Of a DNA stretch of 64,000 nucleotides, positions 44,319-56,700 are shown one piece after another; the first letter of the stretch is position 1; each line of letters opens with the position of its first letter. The DNA comes from Bugula neritina (taxonomy: Eukaryota > Animalia > Bryozoa). Where the stretch lies: assembly GCA_964035545.1 (NCBI GenBank), contig OZ037767.1, forward strand, positions 16,486,581 to 16,550,580. Reading direction: 5' to 3'. A program made the position numbers and the translations under genes. Below the pieces are notes generated by a model, which was not told the origin of the DNA, did not search any database, and was given only the letters and a program-made list of their open reading frames with translations.

Positions 44319-47300
44319 ATGGAGGATCTCTCCTCAGAGGAACTGTGCGCTCAAGTCATGAATGAACACAGCTACTCCACCCTCCAATACCGCCCCCTGC
44401 ACGTACAGAGGGCGGAGAAAAGCCTCAACTTGGATGGACTCATCAAAGCCACCGAACTAGTCGTCAAAAATAATGAGCTCTCCGAAGATGAGTTTCAGTA
44501 AGTAGAAGTATTCAGAATTTAATTAGAGTACTATTGCGCTGTGCACTCTTTGCTGTGTCTAGTACGGAGTTATATCTCTTTACTCTTTGCTGTAAAACAT
44601 TACGTTATTCTTCAGGTCAGTTGAAGATGCAGAGTTTGTTAAAAAATTCAAACCGACGAAAATACAAGGTAAAAGGGAGCGTGGCCGTCCCAGCCATGAC
44701 ATACATTTAGACCACTCAGGTACTGAAGCTATGTCTACTCTCCTTTCTCTCTATGTTTTTTGCCGGCTCTTCTATAGTTGAGTCGCACATCAGTTATGGA
44801 AACATTTGACTAGGTATATGTGTATAGATACTGCTGACTGTCGTCTAGTGTTGTTTCTATGGTGCCTAAGGCTATTGTCATGTAAATTTGTTGATAAATG
44901 GAGAATAATTATGTGTTATAGTTCATGTTTTATGGAGAGTTTCCTTGATGATGCCCTCCATTTTGGTTTTCATAAATAAGGGTTTTATAAAAGAACATCA
45001 AGTAGTAGTTTTACCAGAAAGTTAACTGTTATTGCTACCATATATCCTCTATGTTATATCATAGACTGAGTTCTTATAGTGGTGTCATTACTGTCACGGT
45101 GTGTCTGCTTACAGAGAGAAGGCTCATGAGACAATCACTCTATGTCACGGACAATCTCAAGTATAAGAAGAAATTTATACGAGTGAGTGCGACCATTACA
45201 ACTTAGCGTTAGGCCTACTAATTACTTGAATTATGGTGTATCACTGATCACTGTATGTCATGTCTATGTCATGCTGTATTATGACATGTTACTGATGTAT
45301 TACTAGTATATTGATAACGTATAATGAATATGTCACGCTGTATTATGACGTGTGTTCAATGTAGGATCTGCTCCTCAGTGACTCTGAGTCGTCTGAGGGA
45401 GAGGAAACTGAGCCGCTGATATCCGAGTGCAGATTTAAACTCATTCTCAGCCACCACCAGCAGCTGAGGAAATACCGGGCAGCGTTTTCTACCATGTCCC
45501 CCGCTATAGTATGTATATATCCACCACTTGTACTACATGTCCCCCTCTATAGTATGTATATATCCACCACTTCTACTACCGTGTCCCCCTCAATAGTATG
45601 TATATATCCACCACTTGTACTAGATGTCTCCTGCTATATCCACCATTACATAATCCCGCCTCTAATTTTAATGCAACCATTCTGTTAGAAACCGGAGTTT
45701 AAAGATTACACATACGGAGTGTTGGGACAGTGTCCGTTCCCTCAGCCAATCACAGATGCCGATACAATTAATCTGCTTATGAAAAAGAAGAATGCCTCGT
45801 CGTCTGCAAGTGGATCAAATCGCAGTTCGTCGGCTGGAGCCAAACATAAGTCTCTCACAGATGGCACGTCTGCTACTGAAAATGAGACGGTAAGTTGTCT
45901 TCTCTCTCTCACACACTCGCACGCGCGCACGCACCATCTCCTAAGTCATTACTTATTCTCCCTGCTGTTATACATTCTCCTCACATGTTTACGTTCTAAA
46001 GATCTCGCTGCCATGCTATGCTGAGCCAACATCCAGGTACTTATCCTGTCACTGTTTGTAGTCTGAGGCTAATGATCCGGCGTCCAGTGAGCACCAGAAC
46101 ACTCCCACCTCGGCCTCAGGTCCTACCAGCAGTTCACTCACCAAGAGCGGGAAGGTGAAGAAGGTGCCGACTGCAGAGATACTTTTAGCTCGCAGAAAGA
46201 AACTCTGGCACTCCATAGTTAAGAAGGATATCTCTAAGGCAGCTAAGGCCAGGGTGACCTCCAGGAAGGAGATGCTTGGTAACGCTAGGAAGGTACTTGG
46301 GCACCTGAGTGACTTAATGCAGAACTTGATATAATGCACTTGAATGACTTAATATTGAGTACTTGCCTGTAGTATGACAAGTAAGTAGGCTAAAATGTGA
46401 TATCTAGGTATTACTTACGTGATATACACAGCTCTGTGTGACTTGCAGTGTGCCGTGGCAATACAGAAGCAGAAGAGGAAGGAAGCTGTGAGTTCCCAGA
46501 AGGCCATGGTCAGCATACAGAGTCGCATGAAGAGAATCTGCCGTGAGGTCGTCACCTACTGGAAGAGGTTTGAGAAGGTTGAGAAGCAGCAAATGAAGAA
46601 AGTCCAAAAAGAGGCTCAGGAGCAGCGGAAGCAAGACCTGAACATGCTGGAGGTCAGTCGGAGGTCATAGTTGGCCAGGAGAGTTTTCCCTCTGAAGGTG
46701 TAGCTGCCCGAGTGTTTCATACTGCTCTGTCTTGCTGTAGGCTAAGAGACAGGCGAGGAAACTCAACTTTCTTATCACGCAGACGGAGCTCTACGCTCAT
46801 TTCATGGCCAACAAAATTAAAGGAGGTTCAGATGCTAAGAAATCAGTAATTCTTAGCAGACTGGAAGACGATGATGGCTTGAAACTGCATAATGATTCAC
46901 TGGATGATTATGGTAAGTAACTAGATAGTATAGTAAGTAACTAGATGGTATAGTAACTAGGTGGTACAGTAAGTAACTAGATGGTACAGCAAGTAACTAG
47001 ATGGTACAGTAAGTGACTAGATGGTATAGTAAGTAACTAGATGGTATAGTAAGTAACTAGATGGTACAGTAAGTAACTAGATGGTAGAGTAAGTAACTAG
47101 ATGGTACAGTAAGTAACTAGATGGTACAGTAAGTAACTAGATGGTAGAGTAAGTAACTAGATGGTACAGTAAGTACCTAGATGGTACAGTAAGTAACTAG
47201 ATGGTATAGGAAGTAACTAGATGGTATAGTAAGTAACTAGATGGTACAGTAAGTAACTAGATGGTACAGTAAGTAACTAGATGGTATAGTAAGTAACTAG

Positions 47301-50300
47301 ATGGTACAGTAAGTAACTAGATAGTATAGTAAGTAACTAGATAGTATAGTAAGTAACTAGATCGTATAGTAAGTAACTAGATGGTACAGTAAGTAACTAG
47401 ATGGTATAGTAAGTAACTAGATGGTACAGTAAGTAACTAGATGGTACAGTAAGTAACTAGATGGTATAGTAAGTAACTAGATGGTATAGTAAGTAACTAA
47501 GTGGTACAGTAAGTAACTAGATGGTATAGTAAGTAACTAGATGGTATAGTAAGTAACTAGATGGTACAGTAAGTAACTAGATGGTACAGTAAGTAACTAG
47601 ATAGTATAGTAAGTAACTAGATAGTATAGTAAGTAACTAGATGGTACAGTAAGTAACTAGATGGTACAGTAAGTAACTAGATGGTACAGTAAGTAACTAG
47701 ATAGTACAGTAAGTAACTAGATAGTATAGTAAGTAACTAGATCGTATAGTAAGTAACTAGATGGTACAGTAAGTAACTAGATGGTACAGTAAGTAACTAG
47801 ATGGTATAGTAAGTAACTAGGTGGTATAGTAAGTAACTAGATGGTACAGTAAGTAACTAGATGGTATAGTAAGTAACTAGATGGTACAGTAAGTAACTAG
47901 ATGGTACAGTAAGTAACTAGATGGTATAGTAAGTAACTAGATGGTATAGTAAGTAACTAGATGGTACAGTAAGTAACTAGATGGTACAGTAAGTAACTAG
48001 ATGGTATAGTAAGTAACTAGATGGTACAGTAAGTAACTAGATAGTATAGTAAGTAACTAGATAGTATAGTAAGTAACTAGATCGTACAGTAAGTAACTAA
48101 TGTTTCAGACGCTGACGAAGTGAAATCTCAGGTGCTGCTGAATGCGGAAGATGCATATGCCAGGCAAACAGCCAAGGTAATGAATCTCTCGTTACTTCCT
48201 GTTAGTTAGCCGGTAACCAATACGAAGAAGTAACTCATAGTATACTAAGTAGATGGTAGGTAATAATTGTTGTATTACAGTGTTGGTGTTATACAGGCCT
48301 TAAGAGAAAAGGTTATCTAAAGCCAGCGGATAAAAAGCTAATGCTTTATGTACATACTGCCTGACACTCTCTCTCTACGACTCAACCTAGTAACACGTTC
48401 TATGCCCAATAAAGCTTATTCACTTAATACTACATGGTGGCAGCTATGGGATACGAACCCACGCCTCCGAAGGAACGGGTGTAGTAACTCTATACCAAGT
48501 TGGTAGCAGGTAATAATAACAAGATATAATAACTCGTACACTAAGTTGAAGCACTAGAGGAAGAACTCTTGACCTTTCAGACTAAACAATTTGATGGTCG
48601 AGTGTCGAGCAAGTCGTCTGCTGTCGTCCCCGTTGCCGTGGATACGGAGAAACAAGCTGACTATCCACAGCCCAGTATATTTGTTGGTAAACTCAAGACC
48701 TACCAGATCAAGGTGAGCCCACCTGCCTACACTGTTAACTCATTCTACTTTCAGTGTGTGTATGTAAGACATCAGATTGTGCAGTTGTCTCACCTTGTAC
48801 TTCTCTACTGTCCCCTCAGGGTATGAATTGGCTGGCGGATCTCTATAGCCAGGGAATCAACGGCATTCTCGCCGACGAGATGGGACTCGGTAAGACTGTC
48901 CAGTCCATAGCCTTCCTCGCCCACTTAGCGGAGGTCCACGGCATTTGGGGACCATTCCTTGTGGTGGCTCCAGCCTCTACCCTTCACAACTGGCAGCAGG
49001 AGTCTGCTAGATTTCTGCCTAAGATGAGAGTTGTCCCCTACTGGGGTACCACTCAGGAGAGAAAGGTGGGCGTGGCTGCTGCTATGAAGTATTGCTTAGT
49101 GTATTACATCATTATATTACTGTATTACACCATTATAAAACTGTATTATATTACTGTATTATTACTCTGGCAGATACTGAGGAAGTTCTGGGACCAGAAA
49201 CACCTGCACACGGAGCAAGCCTCCTTCCACATTGTCATAACCAGCTACCAGCTTATCATACAGGACTGTAAATACTTCTCCAAGATTCACTGGCACTACA
49301 TGGTGTTGGATGAGGCTCAGGCGTTGAAGAGTAGCTCCAGGTACACCTCTCTCCCCCTTTCTCCTCTCCGCCTCCCCCTTCTTTCTCTCCCTCTCTCTCT
49401 CCTCCCCTCTCCCCCCTCTCTCCTCTCCTCATCTCCTCTCCCCCCCCTCTCTCCTCCTCTCCCTCTCTCTCTCTCCTTCTCTCTCCCCCTCTCCCTTCCC
49501 CCTCCCCCTCTCTGTACAACTTCTATCCACCTTCTTATTCTATGTGTAGTTATACACTCTCCCTACTCTATTATATTCTACATCTACTCTATTGTATTCT
49601 ACTACATCTAATCTATTATATTCTACATCTACACTAATATGTTTTACTCAGTTTTCAATACAAGTTAGCCAACTATTTCCCTTCACACTGTTTTAGTACG
49701 AGATGGAAAACTCTACTCAGCTTCAACTGTAGGAATCGTCTTCTCCTCACAGGGACTCCAATACAGAACAGCATGGCTGAGGTTAGCATCTACTTACAGT
49801 GTCTATACAGTATCTATATACAGTATCTAGTATCTATACAGTATCTAGTATCTATACAGTATCTAGTATCTATATACAGTATCTAGTATCTATACAGTAT
49901 CTAGTATCTATACAGTATCAAGTATCTATATACAGTATCTAGTATCTATACAGTATCTAGTATCTATACAGTATCAAGTATCTATACAGTATCTAGTATC
50001 TATATACAGTATCTAGTATCTACACAGTATCTAGTATCTATACTCTGTATCTAGTATATATATACAGTATCTAGTATATATATACAGTATCTAGTATCTA
50101 TATACAGTATCTAGTATCTACACAGTATCTAGTATCTATACTCTGTATCTAGTATCTATATACTGTATCTAGTATCTATATACAGTATCTAGTATCTATA
50201 TACAGTATCTAGTATCTATATACAGTATCTAGAATACACAGTATCTAGTATCTATACTCTGTATCTAGTATCTATATACTGTATCTAGTATCTATATACA

Positions 50301-53300
50301 GTATCTAGTATCTATATACAGTATCTAGTATCTATATACAGTATCTAGTATCTATATACAGTATCTAGTATCTATATACAGTATCTAGTATCTATATACA
50401 GTATCTAGAATACACAGTATCTAGTATCTATACTCTGTATCTAGCTGATATAATATGATATTCTGTCTCACAGCTCTGGGCTCTCCTTCACTTCATAATG
50501 CCGACTCTGTTTGACTCCCACGAAGAGTTCAATGAGTGGTTCTCCAAGGACATCGAAAGTCACGCTGAGAATAAGAGTACCATTGACCAGAGTACGTGTA
50601 ATATATTCTGTAATATGTGTAATATATGCTGTAATATGTGTAACATATACTGTAATATATGCTGTAATATGTGTAATATACACTGTAATATGTGTAATAT
50701 ATACTGTAATATGTGTAATATATGCTGTAATATATACTGTAATATGTATAATATATGCTGTAATATGTGTAATATATACACCTGCAGGTCACCTCTCCAG
50801 GCTCCACATGATACTCAAACCATTCATGTTGCGGAGAATTAAGAAGGACGTAGAGAACGACTTGACGGATAAGGTGAGACAACTCTATATTTATATCTGG
50901 TGGCTTCAAGTTGAGGGCTTCATTTCACTTGGCTGTACTGCCAGTTGTAAATGCTTTTATCCCGTTCCCCATTCTCAATAATAAAACCATTGGTATTAAT
51001 ACAAATGCATTTTGCTGCTTGCATACAGTTTTTAAGCAGCAATCCACTTTGCCTGTCACATCCTTTAGCCTGTGACTCCCCTGTGTGTTCTAGATTGAGG
51101 TGCTGGTCTACTGCCCCCTGACTATCAGACAGAGGTATCTCTATGATGCTATAAAGCGGAAGATAAGAATAGAAGATCTGCTGGCTGGAGTGACTCAGTC
51201 CTCTGCTGCCGCTGCCTCTAATACCACCAGCAGTCTTATGAATCTAGTCATGCAGTTCAGGAAGGTTAGTTCTATACTGCATCTATTCTCTCTCTCTTGT
51301 TGGTGTCTGATCTATCTATACTCTATCTATGAATAGATTATATATTATATAGTATAATGAGCTTGTAGTTGTATGTTGATGTCTATGCAGGTGTGTAACC
51401 ACCCAGAGTTGTTTGAGAGACGGGACGTCAAGTCCCCAGCCCTCGTGTCCATAGACTCCTACGTGGTACCCAAGCTACTGTATAGAGAGGGCATTCTCAC
51501 CACCTCCCTCTCCTCTCCCCGCCATCTTCTCTACAGACAACTCTATCTGCACAATCCTCAATACATCCACCAGAGGTCTCTGCACTCCGATAACGGTTAG
51601 TATGTTTCCTCTATATCCCAGCTCTCCTCTAGTATCCCACCTCTCCTCTATATCCCACCTCTCCTCTATATCCCACCTCTCCTCTAGTATCCCACCTCTC
51701 CTCCAGTATCCCACCTCTCCTCTATATCCCACCTCTCCTCTAGTATCCCACCTCTCCTCTAGTATCCCACCTCTCCTCTATATCCCACCTCTCCTCTAGT
51801 ATCCCACCTCTCCTCTATATCCCACCTCTCCTCTAGTATCCCACCTCTCCTCTATATCCCACCTCTCCTCTAGTATCCCACCTCCCCTCTAGTATCCCAA
51901 CTCTCCTCTAGTATCCCATCTCTCATCTAGTATCCCACCTCTCCTCTAGTATCCCACCTCCCCTCTAGTATCCCAACTCTCCTCTAGTATCCCACCTCTC
52001 ATCTAGTATCCCACCTCTCCTCTAGTATCCCACCTCTCCTGTGTATCCCAGTAGTATCTGTCTATACGCATAGTTCAATATTTTTTCTGCACCGTCTATT
52101 GAAATAAAGAAGTTATAAAGTTCTTTTGATTGACTCATATTCGATAGTTTTTCTATTAACTTCTTATGTAACTAGGCGTAAACATGTAGGAATGTGTGTC
52201 TACTGTATCTTTACTATTCGTATTGCCTGTACTAGTATCTAATCTTGGGGGTATTTATTCCCTTTAGTTGAGGGCGAGAACCTCTTCTCATGGCTGCGAG
52301 TGGCTAATGTCTCTAGCGGAGAACTGCACAGGATGATGACTATTGGTCTATTTTCCATTCTATCACGGGTATTCTCTACACTAAAGGAGAGGAGACAACT
52401 TCATCATTGTAAAACCTGGCACAAGCCATCCTCTCAATCTGCGTACGTATCTTGTTACTATAGAAACAGAGGAGTGGAGGTCATGTGACGCAATTTGATC
52501 TGCTGTTACTGTATTGGGAGTTGTGTTATTATCACAGGTACATTAGCAGGCGACTCCTCCTAGTGGATGATGAGCTGTCAGCTGATCACACACGTGCAAG
52601 CACCAGCCCCGCCCTGTCTAGTCTTATATTTACTAATTATCAGTCGCATGGCTCCGCCCACCTCTCTCATTCTCTCTACAACATGAAGGAAACTTCCGGT
52701 ATGTTTGCTGTTTAGTAATTGTCTTCACCTGCAGGTTTACTGAGTATACAGTTAGTTATATAACATCTGTATGTTAGTATAATAGGCTTGTAAGTATACA
52801 GTTATATAACATCCGTATGTTAGTATATGCCTGTAAGTATAGTTATATAACATATTTCAGTGATTTGTGTTTGCAGCTCACAAGAAAATACGTCTCAGAA
52901 ATTGTCCCCAGCCAGCAGCAGAGCCTCCCGTTATTCTATCTCCAGTCAAAAAGAGGCAGCACAAGGTATTCTAAGCTCTAAATTAATGCTGGAATTTATA
53001 TCTAAGTAAATGATAAATTCATGTTTCCATCAGTTAAACCAGACCATAGCCAGTCTGATTCTGTGCTGAAGCTAGAAACCGGTGCTGTGAATCTTGTGGT
53101 GACTTAGTGTTACAGTCAGTCTTACAGTACACACTAGACCACACCCCCTTCTCAGTTTCCTGTCTCTGAGTCGTAAGAGTTATAGCCTCAGATCTACTAG
53201 TTAATCTACTTCTGTTCTGTTGGTAGTCTCTGAAAACTAAGTCTCCACCTTCGTCCAATCACAATAAAGACAAGTCAGCAACCAGCCAATCAGGAGTCAA

Positions 53301-53519
53301 TACGACTGGATCCAATCATCTGAAACATTTGGGTGAATCGGAACTTCACCGAGTCTTATCTTGTCAGTTAACTGACTTGCCTCAGTTCCTCAGTCACATG
53401 ATACCAAAGGTGAGTTACTACTACTACTACTAGTACTGCTAGTAGTAGTAGTAGCAGTACTAGTAGTAGAGTAGTAGTAGTAGTACTAGTACTACTACTA
53501 CTACTACTACTACTACTAT

Positions 53520-53559
<40 letters not shown>

Positions 53560-53750
53560 GCTAGTACTACTACTACTGCTAGTACTACTACTGCTACTAC
53601 TACTACTGCTACTAATACTACTACTAGTACTACTACTACTACTACTGCTACTAATACTACTACTAGTACTACTACTACTGCTGCTACTACTGCTACTACT
53701 ACTAGTACTACTACTACTACTACTAGTACTACTACTACTACTAGTACTAG

Positions 53751-53791
<41 letters not shown>

Positions 53792-56700
53792 TTAGCTCAT
53801 GTCATACTATTGTATCTGCAGGCGGTGTGCCCTAGTCTACACTCGTACTGCTCCGACATATCTGCTCAGTATGATCACCAACGGTTCCTTCTTTGTGCGT
53901 CACTCGAAGCCCGGGACTTGCTGAGATACGGGGCAGAGCCATACGACCCCCACTCTCTGTACACAAACAAGACACCTGGTGGTCTACAGGCTATTCTCCC
54001 TCCTTTTGGTTTCTCCAACATTTACATTCCAGGTGAGAACTTAGCTTCTAATTTTTCTCGCCTATTCCCGCTTTGTCCTGTTCAGGTAGCGGAAAACTTG
54101 GCTTCTTCTAATATTAGATGTTTTGTAGACCATCAGTCTAATATTAGATGTTTTGTAGACAATCAGTCTAATATTAGATGTTTGTAGACAAACAGTATCT
54201 AATATTAGATGTTTTGTAGACAAGCAGTCTCTAATATTAGATGTTTTGTAGACAAGCAGTCTCTAATATTAGATGTTTTGTAGACAAGCAGTCTCTAATA
54301 TTAGATGTTTTGTAGACAAGCAGTCTCTAATATTAGATGTTTTGTAGACAAACAGTATCTAATATTAGATATTTTGTAGACAGACAGTTTCTAATATTAG
54401 ATGTTTTGTAGACAAGCAGTCTCTAATATTAGATGTTTTGTAGACAAGCAGTCGCTGATAGTTGATGCCGGTAAGATGCACGTGCTGGACGAGCTGCTGA
54501 CCAAGCTGAAGAAGGAGGGTCACCGAGTGCTTATCTACTCGACCATGACGAAGGTGATAGACCTGCTAGAGGAGTTCATGTGGTACAGGAAACACCAATA
54601 CATCCGACTCGACGGCTCCAGCAAGATCTCCGACAGGCGGGATATGGTCTCAGACTTCCAGAGCAAGACAGACATCTTTGTCTTCCTCCTCAGTACGAGA
54701 GCGGGCGGTCTCGGCATCAACTTAACTGCTGCCGATACGGTGAGTGAACTGTGATGGATGTGTACTGCTGCTTTAGTAGTAGTAATATCTGTGTGGTGTA
54801 TGTTCTTTCTCTCTTAGGTGTTTATTTTGTTAAATATTAGCTACAATATTGTTATATATTGTGTTGATTATATCTCTCTCATGTGTTGGTAATCTCTCCC
54901 ACGTGTTGATAATCTCTCTACATGTTGATTATCTCTCTCGTATGTTGAAGGTGATATTCTACGATAGTGACTGGAACCCCACAGTGGATGCCCAGGCCAT
55001 GGACAGAGCTCACCGTCTGGGTCAGACTAAGCAGGTGACTGTGTACAGACTGATATGTAAAGGGACGATAGAGGAGAGAATACTGGAGAGAGCTCGGGAG
55101 AAGAGTGAGGTGAGTACGACCTTGACATCTAGTGTGCTCTCCTGACTACTTCATGTATTGTATCGTGTATTTATTATAAAATTTAGTTTGAATTGTGTCG
55201 TAAATGTTTCTCATTGTGTGTTAGCTTCAAGTCAAATAACTGCGATATAGGTGTTTACTGTTTTATAGAATATATTTATTAATACAGTTATTGTATTGGA
55301 ATCATTTTCTTTTAATATATATTATAACACGCTGCCAGCTAGTATAACTCGCTGTCAGCTAGTGTAACGCGCTGTCAGCTGGTATAACACTCCGTCAACC
55401 TGTCTTTAGATTCAGAGAATGGTTATCAGTGGACACAACGACTTCAAGCCGGATGTGCTGAAGGCAAAAGAAGTTGTCTCCCTCCTCATTGACGACGACG
55501 CCCTGAAGCAGAAGATAGAGCAGGCTCAGGGCTCCAAACAGGAGCGGGCGGAGAAGAGGAAACTGGCAGCAGCAGCTAAAAAGGTCAGCAGTGAGTGACA
55601 CAAAGTGTTGTGTGTGAAAGAATCAGTTTTGGACTTGCTTGGTATTGGGAGAGTTTGTTAGAGAGCTGAGTGTGGGTGGGTGGTGTCGGCAGCGTACATA
55701 CTTTACACGCTGCCGGTACTGCAGAATCTGTCTTATGACATCAATGACTCGCACTTGGGTGCACTTTTCCTGCAAGTAGAAAGTTGCTACAGAAATATTT
55801 CAAGGTTTAAATTTGAATTGTCGTTTATAAACTCATTTCAAAGTTTGAATTTGAAATGAGATGAATTGTTGCTTATAAACTCTATCAGTTCCATGTTGAC
55901 GATCTTCATCTTTATTTGCAATGAGCTTCCAACTCAAACTTTGTTAACATTATTTTACTTTCAACTACGGCCTTTTGATTTCCTGACACGGTTAATTTTC
56001 TCACCTGAGGTTATTTTCATTCAGCTCAAAGCTCATTGATTTCTTCTCGTTGAGTTGTATATTGAATGTGTTGTGATGTTCCTGGTCTCTGTAGAGATCT
56101 TGGAAATACTGCAGCGGACCTTTCTTCACAGCGGCCATCTTTTGTTTATTCTCCTCTAATCAAAATACTCAGTACTATATCACTATTGCTATATACTGTA
56201 TCACTATGACTATATACTGTATCACTGCATGACTATTGTATCACTATGACTATGTACTATATCACTATTACTATATATACTTGGTGTCTCACCTTTCTGG
56301 CTATCCACTCCTTTGACCATATCCTCTGTGACTGTCACAGTTTTACTAAGAGGGAGGGCACAACCCCTCAAGTGAGTCACTGTAAATGTCTTGTCATCTT
56401 TGTTACAGCTGATCTATATAACATATCAATATATACACTAGAATACACTTACTATACTGTGTTACTGTTTGTTAATTCACTCTTATTACTCTCAGTAGCT
56501 CTCACTACTATCAGTAACTCTCAATAACTCTCACCTCCAGTGGTTTAGTCACAGTGTGCAGGTGTCCCTGTCGTAGCAGGTAACAGAGCGTCAAGGTGGG
56601 AAGGAGAAGAGCAGCGTACTCATGTGCTGCAAGGGAGTGTAAGAGGGGGAGGTTGTAGTAGTTCTGGCCGCACACATAGGCAGCCCAGGTGCACAGTAAC

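Noticed and set aside
46913-48100. CRISPR-like regular repeat arrays here and elsewhere
   Set aside because: Units are head-to-tail with no unique spacers, there are no cas genes, and the context is eukaryotic introns.
48435-48472. Functional tRNA-Leu gene
   Set aside because: Only the 3' half is present, with encoded CCA and no D-arm or anticodon arm. It fits a reverse-transcribed copy or PBS.
50498-50981. Cys/Asn-rich metallothionein-like ORF and overlapping ORFs
   Set aside because: They are translations of the intronic repeat between two INO80 exons.
56369-56390. Alternative acceptor in the nested gene giving in-frame TGA codons (possible selenoprotein)
   Set aside because: The upstream acceptor at 56414 gives an open frame without stops, so no recoding is needed.
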